Below are positions 26,801 to 41,800 of a stretch of DNA of 64,000 nucleotides, piece after piece; position 1 is the first letter of the stretch; every line of letters starts with the position of its first letter. The DNA is taken from NCBI GenBank assembly GCA_964234715.1, contig OZ174282.1. The stretch is one strand, 5' to 3'. The stretch is from Podarcis melisellensis. Its lineage: Eukaryota. A model generated the notes under the pieces. The model had not been told where the DNA came from. It saw nothing but the letters and a program-made list of their open reading frames with translations, and ran no database searches. Position numbers and translations under genes: made by a program.

Positions 26801-29800
26801 TTATTGGTATCTGAAGAAGTGTGCATGCACACGAAAGCTCATACCAAGAACTAACTTAGTTGGTCTTTAAGGTGCTACTGGAAGGAATTTTTTTTGTTTT
26901 GACTATGGCAGACCAACACGGCTACCTATCTGTAACTGCAATTATTATTATTAGTCAAATTTATATACCACCCTTCATCAAAAGATCTCAGGAAATCAGG
27001 AATGAAAATTGGCACTTCTTACCTGGAACGGCCATTGATAGCGGTTATTCTTGAAAGAAAAAGATAAGAAACAAATGAAGAGTTAATTACTTCAGTTCCT
27101 TAAGAGAGCTATTATGAAAAGATGGAGGTATTCTGTGTCCTGAGTTCTCAAATCCAGGAGGTGGAGAGATGGGCTGTTCTGAACAAGGTTGCACTCTCCT
27201 AGAAGCAGCAAGTCCATAGCTTGGAGGTTCTCCTGTATCCAACGCTCTCACCGGAGGCTCAGGTGGCCTCATTGGCTAGGATTGCCTTCTCCAGTTTCAG
27301 CTGGTTCCCCAGCTCTGGCCCCATTTTGCCCACTGTGCTATGTACTCTGTTAACTTCAAGCCTGGACTGTTGTGATGTGCTCTAGGTGGGGCTGCTTTTG
27401 AAGATGACTTCAATTGGTTCAAAATGAAGCCAAATTGCTGGCTGGGGTTTCATTGTACAACATTTGCATTGGCTGCCAGTTTGTTCCCAGCCCCAAATGA
27501 AGGTCTCACACTAGTGTTTAATGCTCAAAAGAACTTGGGCCCCAAATATCTGAAAGAACACCTTCTTCCTTACAGTCCCTCTCAAGTATTAAGTTCTGCA
27601 GAGAGAGACCTCTTGGTAGTTTCATCACCTTCAGAAGCTCAATGGTGGTGAGCGAGAAAAGGCATTCTCAGACCATGGCAGCCCCTAAGTTCTGAAATTC
27701 CCTCCCCACAGAGGTGCATCTGGTGCCTTCACTAAGCAGTTCTTGAAGAATCCTGGAGACACTTCATTCTACCCTTGTCTTGGACACTTGAGATCTATAT
27801 TTTTGGGACCCAGTCTATCATTATGATTGTAATATGTTTTAAATTGTTTTTAACATTTTTTTTCAATTGCTGGGACCTGCGGTAGGACCTTGGGTTGGAG
27901 GGCAGGTAATAAATAATTTAAATAATTTTCTTCATCGTTGCTTTCATTAAATGGGGTTATTTTACCCATTGTGCACTGGTAAACCTGAGTTCCTCACCAA
28001 CGCTTTTATAGCCATTTCCCCCCTGAATTGGTACCATTTGTTCTCTCAGATACTCTGCAAAATCCAAACAATACTGGTCGCAAACATTTTAACCGCATAT
28101 TGCCTTCCTATATTTTTTAAAATACTCATTGATTGTGATTTATTTGGGTTCAGACAGTATTGTTGCAGTACAATATTTGTATCACAGACTGGTATAGTAC
28201 CTTGCCTCGTCTTGCTATCATTTTGCCCAGTGCCTTTTTTTCAGGGGGTACTCAATGGTACCTCTTTTTGTTGTTGTTAAAAAGTGTGACACATACCGTA
28301 ACAACTTTGCGGTGAGTACCAGCACCTATTATTCTAGGGGGAAATGCGCCAATGTTGCCATATACAGTACCTTGTCAGCAATCACCAGTCTTTTATACAA
28401 AGATTGTACTGCAACATAAACACTATAACATCTAAACAAGTCTGGCAGCTTTTCCAGAGGATGGCTGGAAAAACTGTGTCTGCCCACTTGTTATGTGAGA
28501 TCCAATACCTTTTCTCAAAGAATTTGATTCGACAGCTGCATGTACATTTCCAATTACCGTGAACTAAAATCAAACAGATTTTTGATCCCCAGTGTGTTTG
28601 AATGTTTCAACTGCAGCATCTTTGGCAAACCGATTCCCTCTGTTGTTTTAGAAAGGCGCAAATGCCCAATTCCTTTGCCCGCAGCCAATTCATTGACCAT
28701 GCCCAGGAGTATCAAAGTCAACCTGACAAATCCAACATATCCGGTGACCGTGGCAGTATGTGACCTTTTCATTCTCTGGGACAAAAAGCTGTGGAATTGC
28801 TCTAGCTGCAAACTTAAGAAGAGAACTGGAAGGCTCTTCACATTCATGCCAAACCTTGCTTGCCTTTGGAATAGCAAAATTGCGAACATCCTCCCCCCCT
28901 GGCAGTACTTACATTTTGAGAATTCTTTCTAGAAAACGCTTCCTATAAAATAAAAAGGGGGGGGGCACAGTAGGAGTTACTTTAAGTAGCACTTCATTAA
29001 AATGATTCCTAAGGTAGCAGAAAGGTGCCCATTATTTCAGGGCCCACTGGGTTTTCTGTGGATTCTGTTTCTTCCGATTCAGCAGGAGGTTTCCCCAGGG
29101 AAAGCGGTGGAACAAAAACAACAAACAGCCACCTCTCAAATTTGTGACTTGAAATCACTTGAAATCATGGGACAAATGAAACTGTGGATGGGCCCTCAAT
29201 GACAAGAAATAGACCTGTCATATTTTCTGAGAACAAACAGCACCCATGGTTGAATAACTCTACCCAGGAATTTTGCTTAGGCAGGAAACATCTGTCTGGC
29301 TGTGTTGGAGACATGGGGTCTTGTGTGTTACCCCTTTCCCACTGTGGTAACATTAAGACCTGTTGAACTACAACTCCCATCAGCGTCAGCCAGCACAGCC
29401 ATATTTATGTATTGGAATGACTGGTTTAATTTCAGTAGGTTGCTAGAAATTCTTAACTTTTACAGATTTAGCTAAAAATTTTATACATGCAGACCTGAGA
29501 ATCAGTCTCATTGAACTCAGTGGATCTTAGCATTAATTTTAAGTTACAAAATGCATAAATAATTTGACGTATGTATGCTTGCATGATTTGTGTCTGCCAT
29601 TGTTAGTTTTTGTTGTGGTTTTTGATCAGCTGTGTTATAGGACAAATACAATGCCGAAAATAGGTTACCGGTATTTCTGAGTATTTTATCTTTGACCCAA
29701 AAGTTTACATGGGTATATACATGGCTAATCAGAGATTTAAATCAAGGTTTCACTACTCCAGTTCTGTCATTCTATATATCACACTGGCTCAAATCCAGTC

Positions 29801-29811
29801 CAGTACCAATC

Positions 29812-29863
<52 letters not shown>

Positions 29864-32800
29864 GTTACTCAAACCCTTGGCTCAGGATGAGACACTGAAA
29901 TTATATGAATCTGTTAATATAGAAAGCATTTTCCATATACTGTACTTACTTTCACTCTTTCTACGAGCTCCATCTATAAGGAAAAAGGAATAAATTATTC
30001 AGAGTTTCTTAACTTTGTAAGTGCGAACAAGACATCCTTCTGGGTCTCTTGGTGGGTTTTGTTATCACTAAATATGGTTACCTTCTAGATAGAGGGTCTT
30101 TAGGGATTAGGGGTACTGTATTTCAGCCATCCTACTCCAACGTAGATAACATATCCCGGAAGGCAACACTGAGCAATTACTGAGGAATTCCATTATACAA
30201 TGGGACATTTCAGGATTTCACAGTGGTCTCCAAGTTTTTTAACATGTACAGTAGCTAAGCCCTACTTCTCAGAACAAATTCCTGGGTTTGGAATTACTTA
30301 ACTCTAAATCTGTGTCTTTTGCACCTAGTTCTATTTGGTGGGTCTTGGGATTCTAGCGGAAGCAAAGCCATGTCTGAGTTAGAGGAGGATTCAGATGTAA
30401 TCTCCTCCACCCACCACTTGTAGCCTGAAGTGGGACAGCCCTATTTGATTCCACCGAATGTATAAACTGCCCCAGGGCCGGCGGTGGGAAGAGAGATAAG
30501 GGGTGGTTTGTGACATGATCATATGAGAGCGCTGGAGGTGAAATAGTTAAAGAAGTTACCCAATCAGAACCGGGGGGGGGGCATGTGGAGTCAGAGGAAC
30601 TATAAAACCAGCTCTGGGAGGGGCGAAAGGGGAGTTTGTTGGGAATTGGGTGGTTGGTTGGAGTGGGAGCGAATTGGGATAGAGCCTGTGGGTAAGTTGA
30701 GTTAGTGTAGCGAAATAGGCTGAGTCAGGAACAGTTAGGAGCTAGGAAGACAAGTAAATATCTGAGAGGTGGTTAAGTGAGTGAGAGCAGGTAACGGAAG
30801 TTATAGGTCTGGATAGGCACCCTATGATTGTAATTGACTGATACCATTTATGAAACCACACACTTGTTAAACTGCAATAAATAAACAGAAGTTTATGTTC
30901 CAATTTAACCCTGACTGGACTCAGTATTGTACCAGGTAGGGCCTGGGTGGTGGCAGTGAGAAATAAAGTGGTGGCACAGGGATCAATAGACGGTGAAACG
31001 TCCAGGGACCCTGTGTGATCGCCACATGGTTTATATCCACTTATATTACATTTTTATCTCACTTTTCTTCAATGAAGAAGGTTCATTGCATCAGCCCTCT
31101 AAGGTAGACCAGGCTAAGAGAGAAGTCATATAGGGAGTACTGTGGCTCAGATTTGGATCCCGGTCATCTCACCAGGTCTTGACATGATGCCTGGTATACC
31201 AGACTTTAAATATATACAGTATATATATCTTAGCCCAGTAGCTGTCTTTACAACTTTTCATTCCGCTTAACACGTCTCAGTATTGGGCACTAAGATTATA
31301 TGAAACAACCAGAGAAGAAAATCCTTTCCATTTACTTACCGGCATCTCGAATAATCTTTTCATCTGGAGGGGAAAGAATGTAGGTTATTCAAAGAGGAGA
31401 GCTTCCAGACATGGGGTTAAGATGGTAAACTCACATCCAGAACCAAAAATGCAGCATGGGGACCTGCCCCACCCACCTACTCTGTGTTCTACAGCCAGGC
31501 CATTCATAACTTTAGGCAAAGTGAGGTAGCCACTTCAGACGTCAGGTCTTGGGTGTCACGAAAAGGTAGAAATTGTTGGTAGAGGAGGGAGAGACACACA
31601 CCTGGTGCTCTGCCTCAGCCAGGAAAATGTCTATAGCAAGCCCTGCCTAAGGCCCTGATCCAGCAGCTCGTACAGCAAGGGCTGCAATGCATATCTGCAA
31701 GCCAGGTGGGATCTTCAACAATATGAGAAAGGAGAACCTCAGTTTAGCCTCTCTATCTCCAAAGCTGCCAGTTGGCTCTAAGGATAAATATATCAAGGAA
31801 GCTACATGTGTGGAATCAGCCGTGTATGTTGTGCACAGTACCCATTCCCACGTAAGTATTGCATGCTTCCACACACTGAGCTATCAAGGTGCCCCTCCTA
31901 GGACATCCCTGGAGGAAGGCAGCGGTCAGTTCCCCCATTTACAATTTCAGCAGAAGCGTGTTGGGGGTCAGGGAGACCCCATGTCTGTCTCGAAAACTCT
32001 CCCCAAGCAGCCCTGCAAGAATAACGATGAGCTTTATTTAAACTGTGGCAATCGTGAAAACAAATAGCACCATGACCCACCAGAGAAGGAAGTAACAACT
32101 CCTGCTTTGTACATGTTAGCGACTTAAAATGCAACAAGGTTATTCTCACCAACCCACTGCAACAAGGTTATTCTCACCAACCCACTGTGTTTCAAGTCAC
32201 ATTAGCACGTTGCTGTACATGCTAAAGAGGAGGCCGGGATGTCTTCACCCAATGCACATTCTTTGTTTGGCATCCCTGCTGCTTTAAGCCCACTACCTCA
32301 CTCCTATTCACGAAGCTGTCACCTGTGCATTCACAACAGCTGCCCCAAAATCTAAACAGCCCAGCTTAGGTGCAAAAGGCATGTGGCTGCCATTTTCAAA
32401 TCGGATAGAAGCTGATTTGAGAGGAGGTGCGTCAAATGGCAATATATCTCAAAGAAGCTACAGGACAGATAGGGGGATGTGGCTAATGTCAAAAACCAGC
32501 AGCGGGGGTACAATCAAGCCAGAGTAAATGGCAATGTGTACACAGCCCAGGTTTCTCTCTTATGGCTTTTTAAATGGGAATTTGTCACACATCATTGTGT
32601 CTTAAGGTATAGGTGCGTATTCTGTGCCTGTCTCATCTGCCAACAGACCACTAGCCTAGAAAATTTTCTTCTGGGACGCTCCGAAGGTAAAATTCTACAC
32701 CCAATGTCTTTTTGGACTAAGCTACATTGAACTCAGTGGGGCTTACTTTATTTATCTATTTATTGCATATGCATCCTGAGAGGGAATACGTAGGATTCCA

Positions 32801-35800
32801 TTGTTAGAGTGCAATTGGTTCGAATCTCCGCAATGCAGTGAGCGCCCGTTGCTCTGTCCCAGCTCCTGCCAACCTAGCAGTTCGAAAGCACGCCAGTGCA
32901 AGTAGATAAATAGGTACTGCTGCGGCAGGAAAGTAAACGGTGTTTCCGTGCGCTCTGGTTTCCATCACGGTGTTCCGTTGCACCAGAAGCGGTTTAGTCA
33001 TGCTGGCCACATGACCCAGAAAGCTGTCTGTGGACAAATGCCAGGTCCTTCGGCTTGAAAGTGAGATGAGCGCCGCAACCCCATAGTCGCCTTTGACTGG
33101 ACCTAACTGTCCAGGGATCCTTTAACTTTACCTTTTACCTATAAGCACATATAACTTGGGAGCTGCATTGAAATCAAGGGGACTGGGATATAAGTGTCAA
33201 CTTAATGCAGAAATCACAATGCTAGGTACATTTTAGAAAAAAATAAAAACAAAACATTTTACCCAATTTGGGCTGTCGTCAGTCTACAAAGAAAGAAAGA
33301 AAGAAAGAAGTTAATTGATATTGTTGCTCTCCACATCAAAGATGAAACTGTTTAAGTGTACAGATATTTGAGCACACTCTTAGTTATTGGAAGCAACCCC
33401 CAATAAAATTAAAAGAGCTTATTATGGTCATAGAGCTGAGCCAGAATTCCTCAGAAGATTCTTTTTCCAAGAACATTTTTGAGATTTATTTTTTTCTCAC
33501 CCACCCAAGCTCAGAAAAGTAGGCCATTTTGCAGAATTTTCTGCACACACTTTATCAAGTGTTAAGAGGCCATCTGCACACAACTCTAATTTAGCATCTA
33601 AGAAAGGCCTACAAAAGTAAGTCCAACAACTTCAATCTCACCCTATTGTATTTATTTTATTGTTTCGCCTGTTACTAGCCTGATACGATCTTTGCGTATT
33701 CTCTTTAGTATGTGCTCTTTTACCTTCCAAAATTACAGTTTCAGGGGGGGTTTGTTTTAAAAAAGTGGGGCACAATTAACTCGACCAATATACAGTGATA
33801 CCTCAGGTTAAGTACTTAATTCGTTCAGAAGGTCCGTACTTAACCTGAAACTGTTCTTAATTTGAAGCACCACTTTAGCTAATGGGGCCTCCTGCTGCCG
33901 CCGCGCCGTCGGAGCACAATTTCTGTTCTCATCCTGAAGCAAAGTTCTTAACCTGAAGCACTATTTCAGGGTTAGCGGAGTCTGTAACCTGAAGCGTGTG
34001 TAACCTGAAGCATATGTAACCCGAGGTACCAGTGTAGTGGCAATATGTTGCATACAGTGTCTTTTAAAACTACAGAATTTGTATTTTTGCTGTGTTGTTG
34101 CCTTTCAATCTTCTGTTTGAGGGACTCTCAAACCAGTCCAGTCCAGTTTAAAGAAAAAGTACAGTGGTGCCTCGCAAGACGAAATTAATTCGTTCCCGAG
34201 TTGCTTCGTCTTGTGTTTTTTTCGTTTTGCGGAGTGCGGATTCCCTGGGTATCACCGGCTTTAAGAAAAAGGAAGCAAACCCGCAAGACGTTTTCGCCTT
34301 GCGAAGCAAGCCCATAGGGAAAATCGTCTTGCGAAGCAACTCCAGAAACGAAAAACCCTTTCGTCTTGCGCGTTTTTCATCTAGCGAGGCATTCGTCTTG
34401 CGAGGTACCACTGTACTTCTAAAAGGAAAAACAGATATTTTGAAGTAGCCCACAGACATCAGACTGAGCAGACACACAGGCCACCTGGCCACAATCTTCC
34501 CAAGATTGTGATCTCTAATTTCCAACTCTACAAATAAATTAGAGAAATGATCTCTAATTTCCAACTGTACAAATAAATTATGCAGGTCTGTATCATCTTT
34601 TTTTGTGATATGTAAGTAGCAACCTTAGCACAAGGCATTGTACCCAGGATTATACATGCTTAACTTAGATCCAGTAATTGAAGAGGGAAAGAAAGGACAC
34701 AATAATTCTCTGTGTGTGTCCATGTGCATGAATATGAAAGGGTTGGATCATAAGCTCACATATTCAAGGTGCTGGCCCAAAGAAAGGACAAGGAGAAGAG
34801 AATACAATCAAAGAAACGAAACCTGTCATACCTGTTTCCTTCTGCCGAACCAACCAAACTACAAGAAGGAAGGGGGGGGGGAATAGATGTTATTTTTTTC
34901 CTATTGGCTTCTGCATGAGAAATTAAACTGATACAACCTTTGCACATTTCCCCCTGCATGTGCACACTTTCTCCTCCAAAACATACAGTTTCACAACCAG
35001 AAAAAAACGAGACTTATCACAGTCACTTGGCTTAAACTGCTGAAATGAAGAAACCTGAAGCTGGGAATGGGGGGGGGGGAGGCAGGGATGGATTTGTGAG
35101 TGGAAGGATGGTGAGCGCAGTTATACTCAGAACCGGGAGGAGCCAGAAGTGGAGGCAGAACAGTGCTTACCGGACCTCCTGCCAATGGCATTGCTGTGTC
35201 TTACCAGGAGGGAGAGGGTTGAGGTGGCAGGGAGGTTGGCAGGAGCTCCAGGTTTGCTCAGCTGGTTAGTTTGCATCACACAGTTCTCCCCTCTCCCTTG
35301 CAGTCTCCAAGTAAGGTGCAAGTACACTGGCAATAAGAGGTCAGGTAAGTACCGTATTTTTTGCTCTATAAGACTCACTTTTTCCCTCCTAAAAAGTAAG
35401 GGGAAATGTGTGTGCGTCTTATGGAGCGAATGCAGGCTGTGCAGCTATCCCAGAAGCCAGAACAGAAAGAGGGATTGCTGCTTTCACTGCGCAGCGATCC
35501 CTCTTGCTGTTCTGGCTTCTGAGATTCAGAATATTTTTTTTCTTGTTTTCCTCCTCCAAAAACTAGGTGCGTCTTGTGGTCTGGTGCGTCTTATAGAGCA
35601 AAAAATATGGTACCCTTGCCTCTCTGCACAGACCACTACTGCTCAGAACAAATTCTGAGATGTGGAATTACAGCCGTACCTTGCAAGTCTGTTCGACTTT
35701 CAAAACATTCGGAAACCGAAGTGTGGCTTCTGATTGGCTGCAGGAAGCTCCTGCAGCCAATCGGAAGCTGTGGAAGCCCCATCGGACATTCAGCTTCCCA

Positions 35801-38800
35801 AAATAGTTCACAAACCGGAACAGTCACTTCCAGGTTTGCGATGTTTGGGAGCCAAAATATTTGGGAACTAAATTGTTTGACTTCCAAGGCACGACTGTAT
35901 TTATTTCTAAGTGCATGTCGTTGGTGCCTGGTTCTGTTTGGTGGCTCCTGCGATTCTAGTAAAAACAAAGTAGATCCCAACAGCCAAAACCAGGCTTCCT
36001 CAACCTCAGCCCTCCATATGTTTTTGGCCTACAACTCCCATGATCCTTAGCTAGCAGGACCAGTGGTCAGAGATGATGGGAATTGTAGTCTCAAAACATC
36101 CGGAGGGACGAGTTTGAGGAAGCCTGGCCTAAAGTCTGCCAATTCCCAAGTTAGAGGATCATTCCAATTTAACTCTCTGTTTCTCAAAGAATCTTGCCTA
36201 ATTCATTTATGATACTGATTTTATATTACAGCTTGTGGCATGATGAACAACATCCTAATTGAAGAGCAAAGAACATAGTTTTCCTCTCTCTTTACCTTCA
36301 ACCAACCAAGGAGAAAAAAATATCCCAGTCTGATTTGGTCCAGGAATGTCCTATTCCAAAGCCAAATGGGGACAAAGCTTTCCTTTTAATGTTCACATAT
36401 GTTAAGATTAATCATGCATACCTTCGTCTCGGCCTTTGACCCTTGAGATGTATGCTTTCAGGACTAATTCTATAATGTAGCTTAATTGCTTTTAAGTTAT
36501 GAATTTTAAATTCGGGGACTGGCTGGTGATGGGTGGCAATACATTTAGTAACGTTCATCACAATCATCTAACCAGAACAGCTTACATGTGACATGTTTTG
36601 CAGTTTCTTCCTTCAAGTTGTGACATGCTAGTAATTTGGCCCAATACTCAACTTCACCTTTCCAGTCAGCTAACCCGTTTCAATATTAGATATCGAGGTG
36701 ATAGGAAACACCCAGAGAAAAAAGACCCTTCTGTATACTTACTGGTGTAAAATCTTGCAACTAGAAGGGGGGGGAGAAAACATAGATTATTCAAAAAGGC
36801 TTTTTGTGTGTGTTTCCGTAAACCGCTTCACAATTTATTTGTAACAGTAAGTGGCATATAGATGGGAAATGCCTCACACAACCATGCATTTTGGAACCTC
36901 TATGGCAACTTCTTCCAAGGAAAAGGGGGATTCTCATCTATTTGCTGCCTTCACTTTTTCCTTGCAACTCCCCCACCCCTGCCTTTCTAACTTTGGGGTT
37001 TCATATATCCTGAACCATTTGGGCAGGAAAGCACCCACACCACACCCTAGGAGCCAACTCCTACAGGCTGTGGGGCTTTGTTCCCCACCATAAAATATTT
37101 GAAGGGGCCTACAAAGTTGATGGGCACTCCCATTCAAATGATTTGTGTGCACTGCATCATGTGATTATGTGGGGCGGGGCTTACCTGGCCCCCCACAATA
37201 TTTTATTCAAGTTGGCGCCCCTGCCTCCCCATCCTGTCTTCATCTGTGCAGCTTTCCCACTTTGTATTCAATAGAAGAAGAAGAGGAGGAGGAGTTTGGA
37301 TTTGATATCCCACTTTATCACTACCCACTTTATCACTAACATTCTCCTTTCCCTTCCTCCTCAACAACAAACACTCTGTGAGGTGAGTGGGGCTGAGAGA
37401 TGTCAAAGAAGTGTGACTAGCCCAAGGTCACCCAGCAGCTGCGTGTGGAGGAGCGGAGACACGAACCCGGTTCACCAGATTACGAGTCTACCACTCTTAA
37501 CCACTATACCACACAATAGCCAGGGCCAGCCCTACCATTGGGCAAAGAGGGGAAGTCTTATAGGACGGGTGGACCACTTAATCATCAAAGCAGTTAAGGC
37601 AAGTTAAATCCATCAGAAGTCATAGCTAAGTCCCATGGAAATCAGTTTAGATCTTAAGAGATAGGAAGCTCACATTTTGCTTTTTTTTTACAAGGGGAGC
37701 TCTTCATGCAGCATTGTACCTTTTATTTCTTGTGATGCATTGTGTCCACTACTTCTCATTATGTATGTGCACTCTGGGTCTTTCTTGCCTGTCCCTATCA
37801 CATCTCTTCCCCTCTACAGACCACTAGCCTTTACGTTTTTCTCTTGAGGTTTTCCATTGATGCTCTGAGGGTGAAATTCTATAGCTGTCCCATTGAACAC
37901 CGTACATTTAAAGCACATGTTCCCCACTAAAGAGTCCAGGGAACAAAACTTTACTCCGCACATAGCTACAATTCCCAGGATTCTTTGACAGGGAAAGATG
38001 TGGTTTGAACGTGCTTTAAATATATGTTGTGTACGCAGCCTTTTGTCTGTGTAGGCACCCATGCATAGGATTGTGCAGCAATTCATATACTGTATTAAGG
38101 ATGCAATCCTATAGATGCTTACCTGGGAATAAGCCCTGCTGAACACAGTAGGACTTAATTCCAAGGAGATATGCATAGGATAGCATTGTTAGAGCATGGT
38201 TCTAAGCACACATGGTTCTAAGCCTTTGGAGCAGCATCGGACTCAAGGGAACTAGGATCTCAGTGGCATTTTGACACAGAAATCACAGCCTCAGGAAAAC
38301 AAAAGTTATTTTACCCATCCTTGGTTTCTGTTTGACGAACTCTACAAAAAATAAAAATAAAAATATTATTTGATCTGGTTTGTGTCCACATGGGAAAAGA
38401 AACTGCATAGGTACACAGACCCTTAAGCACACATTTATTTTCTTGTAATCAAATGGACTTATTACTTCCAATTAAACCTGTTTAGGTCGCAGAGCTGAGA
38501 CAGAGTTCCTTCGGCGGGGGGGGGGGGGGTATCATGAGATTTATTTATTTTTTTGAGATTTATCATTTCCCCCTTGAAAAAGAAGCCCACTTTGTAAATT
38601 TATCTCCCTACTCTATATCAAGTTGGCATCTTCACACAGTTTAGTAGCAGCCTGCACTTCTAAGGAAGGCTACATGTAGTCAGTTCAAGCCAAAAGTCCT
38701 ATCCCATTATGCTTCATTTAAATGTTTAGCCCTTATTAGCCCGATGTAATCTTTATACATTTCAACATGTTTATATGCGCACTTCCCCCTCCAAAAATTA

Positions 38801-41800
38801 TACCTTTCACAATTGAGAGAAATGAGACTTCTGTCGCTCATCACCACCCGTGGTCAGGGCCAAAACCAAAATAAAATAGACATTATTCATTCCTCTTGGC
38901 TTCCATGTGATAAATGGCACAGAATCTCAGGCTCATAAACACATATCCCCAGCAAGAATTGCCTGAGCATCTGAGGGACGTAGTCCCAAACAAGACCGGA
39001 TAGCTGAGCTGGTTAGAGCGTGGTGCTGAAAGTGCCAAGGTTGCAAGTTTGATCCCCGTATGGGACAGCATTTCAGGGGATTGGATGATCCTAGGGGTCT
39101 CTTCCAGCTCTACAATTCTATGATTCTAAGACATGATATTAATTGCACAAATGCAATTAATGCCTGTGGCCTTGATCCCGCTGAATGTTTAAGCAGGCCC
39201 TGAGTAAAAAGCAATGGTTTGTGTACACTTATGTTCCATCTTCAGCTAACCCCTTTTTCACTAGATACTGAGATTATACAAAATAGCCAAAGAGAGTAAA
39301 AAGCTGCTTCCATATACTTACTTGTTTTCTGCTGCCTCCAAATATTCCTGCAAGCTAGAAGGGAAAGGGACATCAGTTATTCAAAGAGACTGGATCTTCT
39401 TGTCCAGCTCCAGCAAAAGAAGAAGCTGAATTCAGGCTCCTCCTGAAAGGAGCCAGTTGGCTCAATGGCCAGAGCTCTCGTGAGCGCTATATGTGTACAA
39501 ATCCAACACCTGAACTGGCCAGACAGCGTTGGTTCACAGCACCAATTTCCACATGAATATCACATGGTTCCACATTCACCTAGCAAGTGAATGCAGAGGC
39601 GAGGGCAGGGGGTCAGTTAGCCCATTTACAATGTCAGCGGAAGGGTCCTGGGGTCAGCTAGATCCCAGATGTAAATGCATTTCTTCATGTTTGTTCCAAG
39701 AACCCGTCCCAAAATCGCACCCTTGCAAGAACAATAGCACAAAACTGTGACGATCATTAAAACAGTTAATTCCACAGCCCAGCAAAAAGGAAGTCACAAC
39801 TAAGACCAAAGGACTCTTAGCTATTCGTATATAGAGCTTTTTCAATGGGGATTCGTCACAAATTATTGTTGGGTTGTACCCGTGGGTCTTTTATGCGTGT
39901 ACCTACTCCATCTCTTGCCCCAAAATAGACCCCTAGTCCTCATACTTCCCTCTTTCCTTTGATGCTCTGTGGGTGATATCCTGTACTCAGTTTCCTGGGA
40001 ACAAGGTCCATAGAATTCAACAGGTCTTACATCTGAATAGGCACGCACAGGATTGTGCATTGGGACGTATGTTTAGCCTAGAATCCTATGGACACTGACC
40101 TGAGTATAAGCTCCACTGAAAACAATGGGACTTAAGCTGTGTGCAAACTATACCTTTAAAGCACACTGAACACACCATAGTTTGCCGTTCACAGAAATGC
40201 AATTCCCAGCAAGGCCTTAACAAAGTACAGTGCTCAGAATTCCTTGAGGAAAAGAAGGTGCTTTGAATGGGCTTTAAAGGTACAGTGTGCAGACAGCCTT
40301 GCTTCTGAGGTTATGCATAGGACTGCATTGTTAGAGCACAATTCTAAGCATGGGAGTTGAATTAGAATCAAGGGGACCACAATCTTAGTGCCAGCTTGAT
40401 ACAGAAATGACAACCTTAATTGAACAAAATGTATTTTACCAGTCCTGGGCTTGACTGCTTCGAAGAACTCTACAAAAAAGGGGGGAAATGCAAATGTTCT
40501 TTGATCTTGTTTGTTTCAATATGAGAAAAGAACCTGCCTAGGCACCCAGACCCCTTAGCACACACTGATTCTTAAGCACACAATGGGCTTTTTAGTTTCA
40601 AGTTTAGGTCGTAGAACTGGGACAGAATATATCAGAAGATGCATTTTCTGAAAATATGTCTGAGGTGCATTATTTTCTCCCCCTTCCCCCTTGAAAAAAG
40701 TGTCAGCCACCCCCCCCCCAAAAAAAATATTCCATTTGCACACAGCTCCAGAAGCAGCGGCCAAATCTAAGGAAGGCTGCAAGTCCTCCAGCCACATCAA
40801 GATTCCCATTCTATTATTTTTCATTTAATGTTTAGTCCCTTACCAGCCCGATAAAGTCTTAAGACATTTTACTTATATGCGCAATTTTTCCTCCCCAAGT
40901 TACAGCTTTCACAATTGGAGAAATGAGATTTATACTCACTTGTCTTCTGCCGCCAAACTCGTTCTACAAATAATAGCAGTATTAGTAGTAGTAGTAGTCA
41001 TGTAAAAATTCATCATTTGTTTCTGTTGGCTTCACAAGAGAAATGAGAAGCTCAGGCTCATACACACACCCCCCCAGAAAGAATTGCTTGTGGACTCTAA
41101 GGGCCTTGGCCAGAGACTGGACAAAATACTAATTGCACAAATTCACTTGAAGCCCATGGTCTTTTCTTATGTAAATAACAGCTCCAGGGAATCCTGAACA
41201 GCAGTACTAAAAGGGGATGGTTTCCATTCACTTATATTCCATTTCAACTGGGAAACACTGGCCTGTGAGCGCTCCAGTTGGAGAACAGCCTTTACCAAAG
41301 GTGTCATGAGTATTGAAGATGCTCAAAAACAGGACGAAAGGGAGAAACGTGCTAAGAGGAAGGCACGCTTGGCAAACCTTCACCATGATCAACTCCCAAC
41401 CGGAAACCTATACAGTGGTACCTCAGGTTAAGTACTTAATTCGTTCTGGAGGTCCATTCTTAACCTGAAACTGTTCTTAACCTGAAGCACCACTTCAGCT
41501 AATGGGGCCTCTTGCTGCTTCCGCGTCGCCGGAGCACAATTTCTGTTCTCATCCTGAAGCAAAGTTCTTAACCTGAAGCACTATTTCTGGGTTAGAAACA
41601 TACCTGAAGCGTATGTAACCTGAAGAGTATGTAACCTGAGGTACCACTGTATCCTTACTGTGGAAGGACATGTAGATCCAGGATTGGCCTCCACAGTCAC
41701 TTACGGACTCACTTTTAAAACCATGTTTATGGAAGACAATCTTACTCGGCTACGAGTGATTGCAGAAGAAGAAGAAGAAGGAGGAGGAGGAGGAGGAGGA

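Noticed and set aside
35021-35060. Possible additional gene A exon
   Set aside because: All AG/GT combinations I tried give lengths not divisible by 3, with weak donors; at most a decayed copy.
38996-39070. tRNA gene
   Set aside because: Degenerate tRNA-like head fused to a CR1-like tail, which indicates a SINE.
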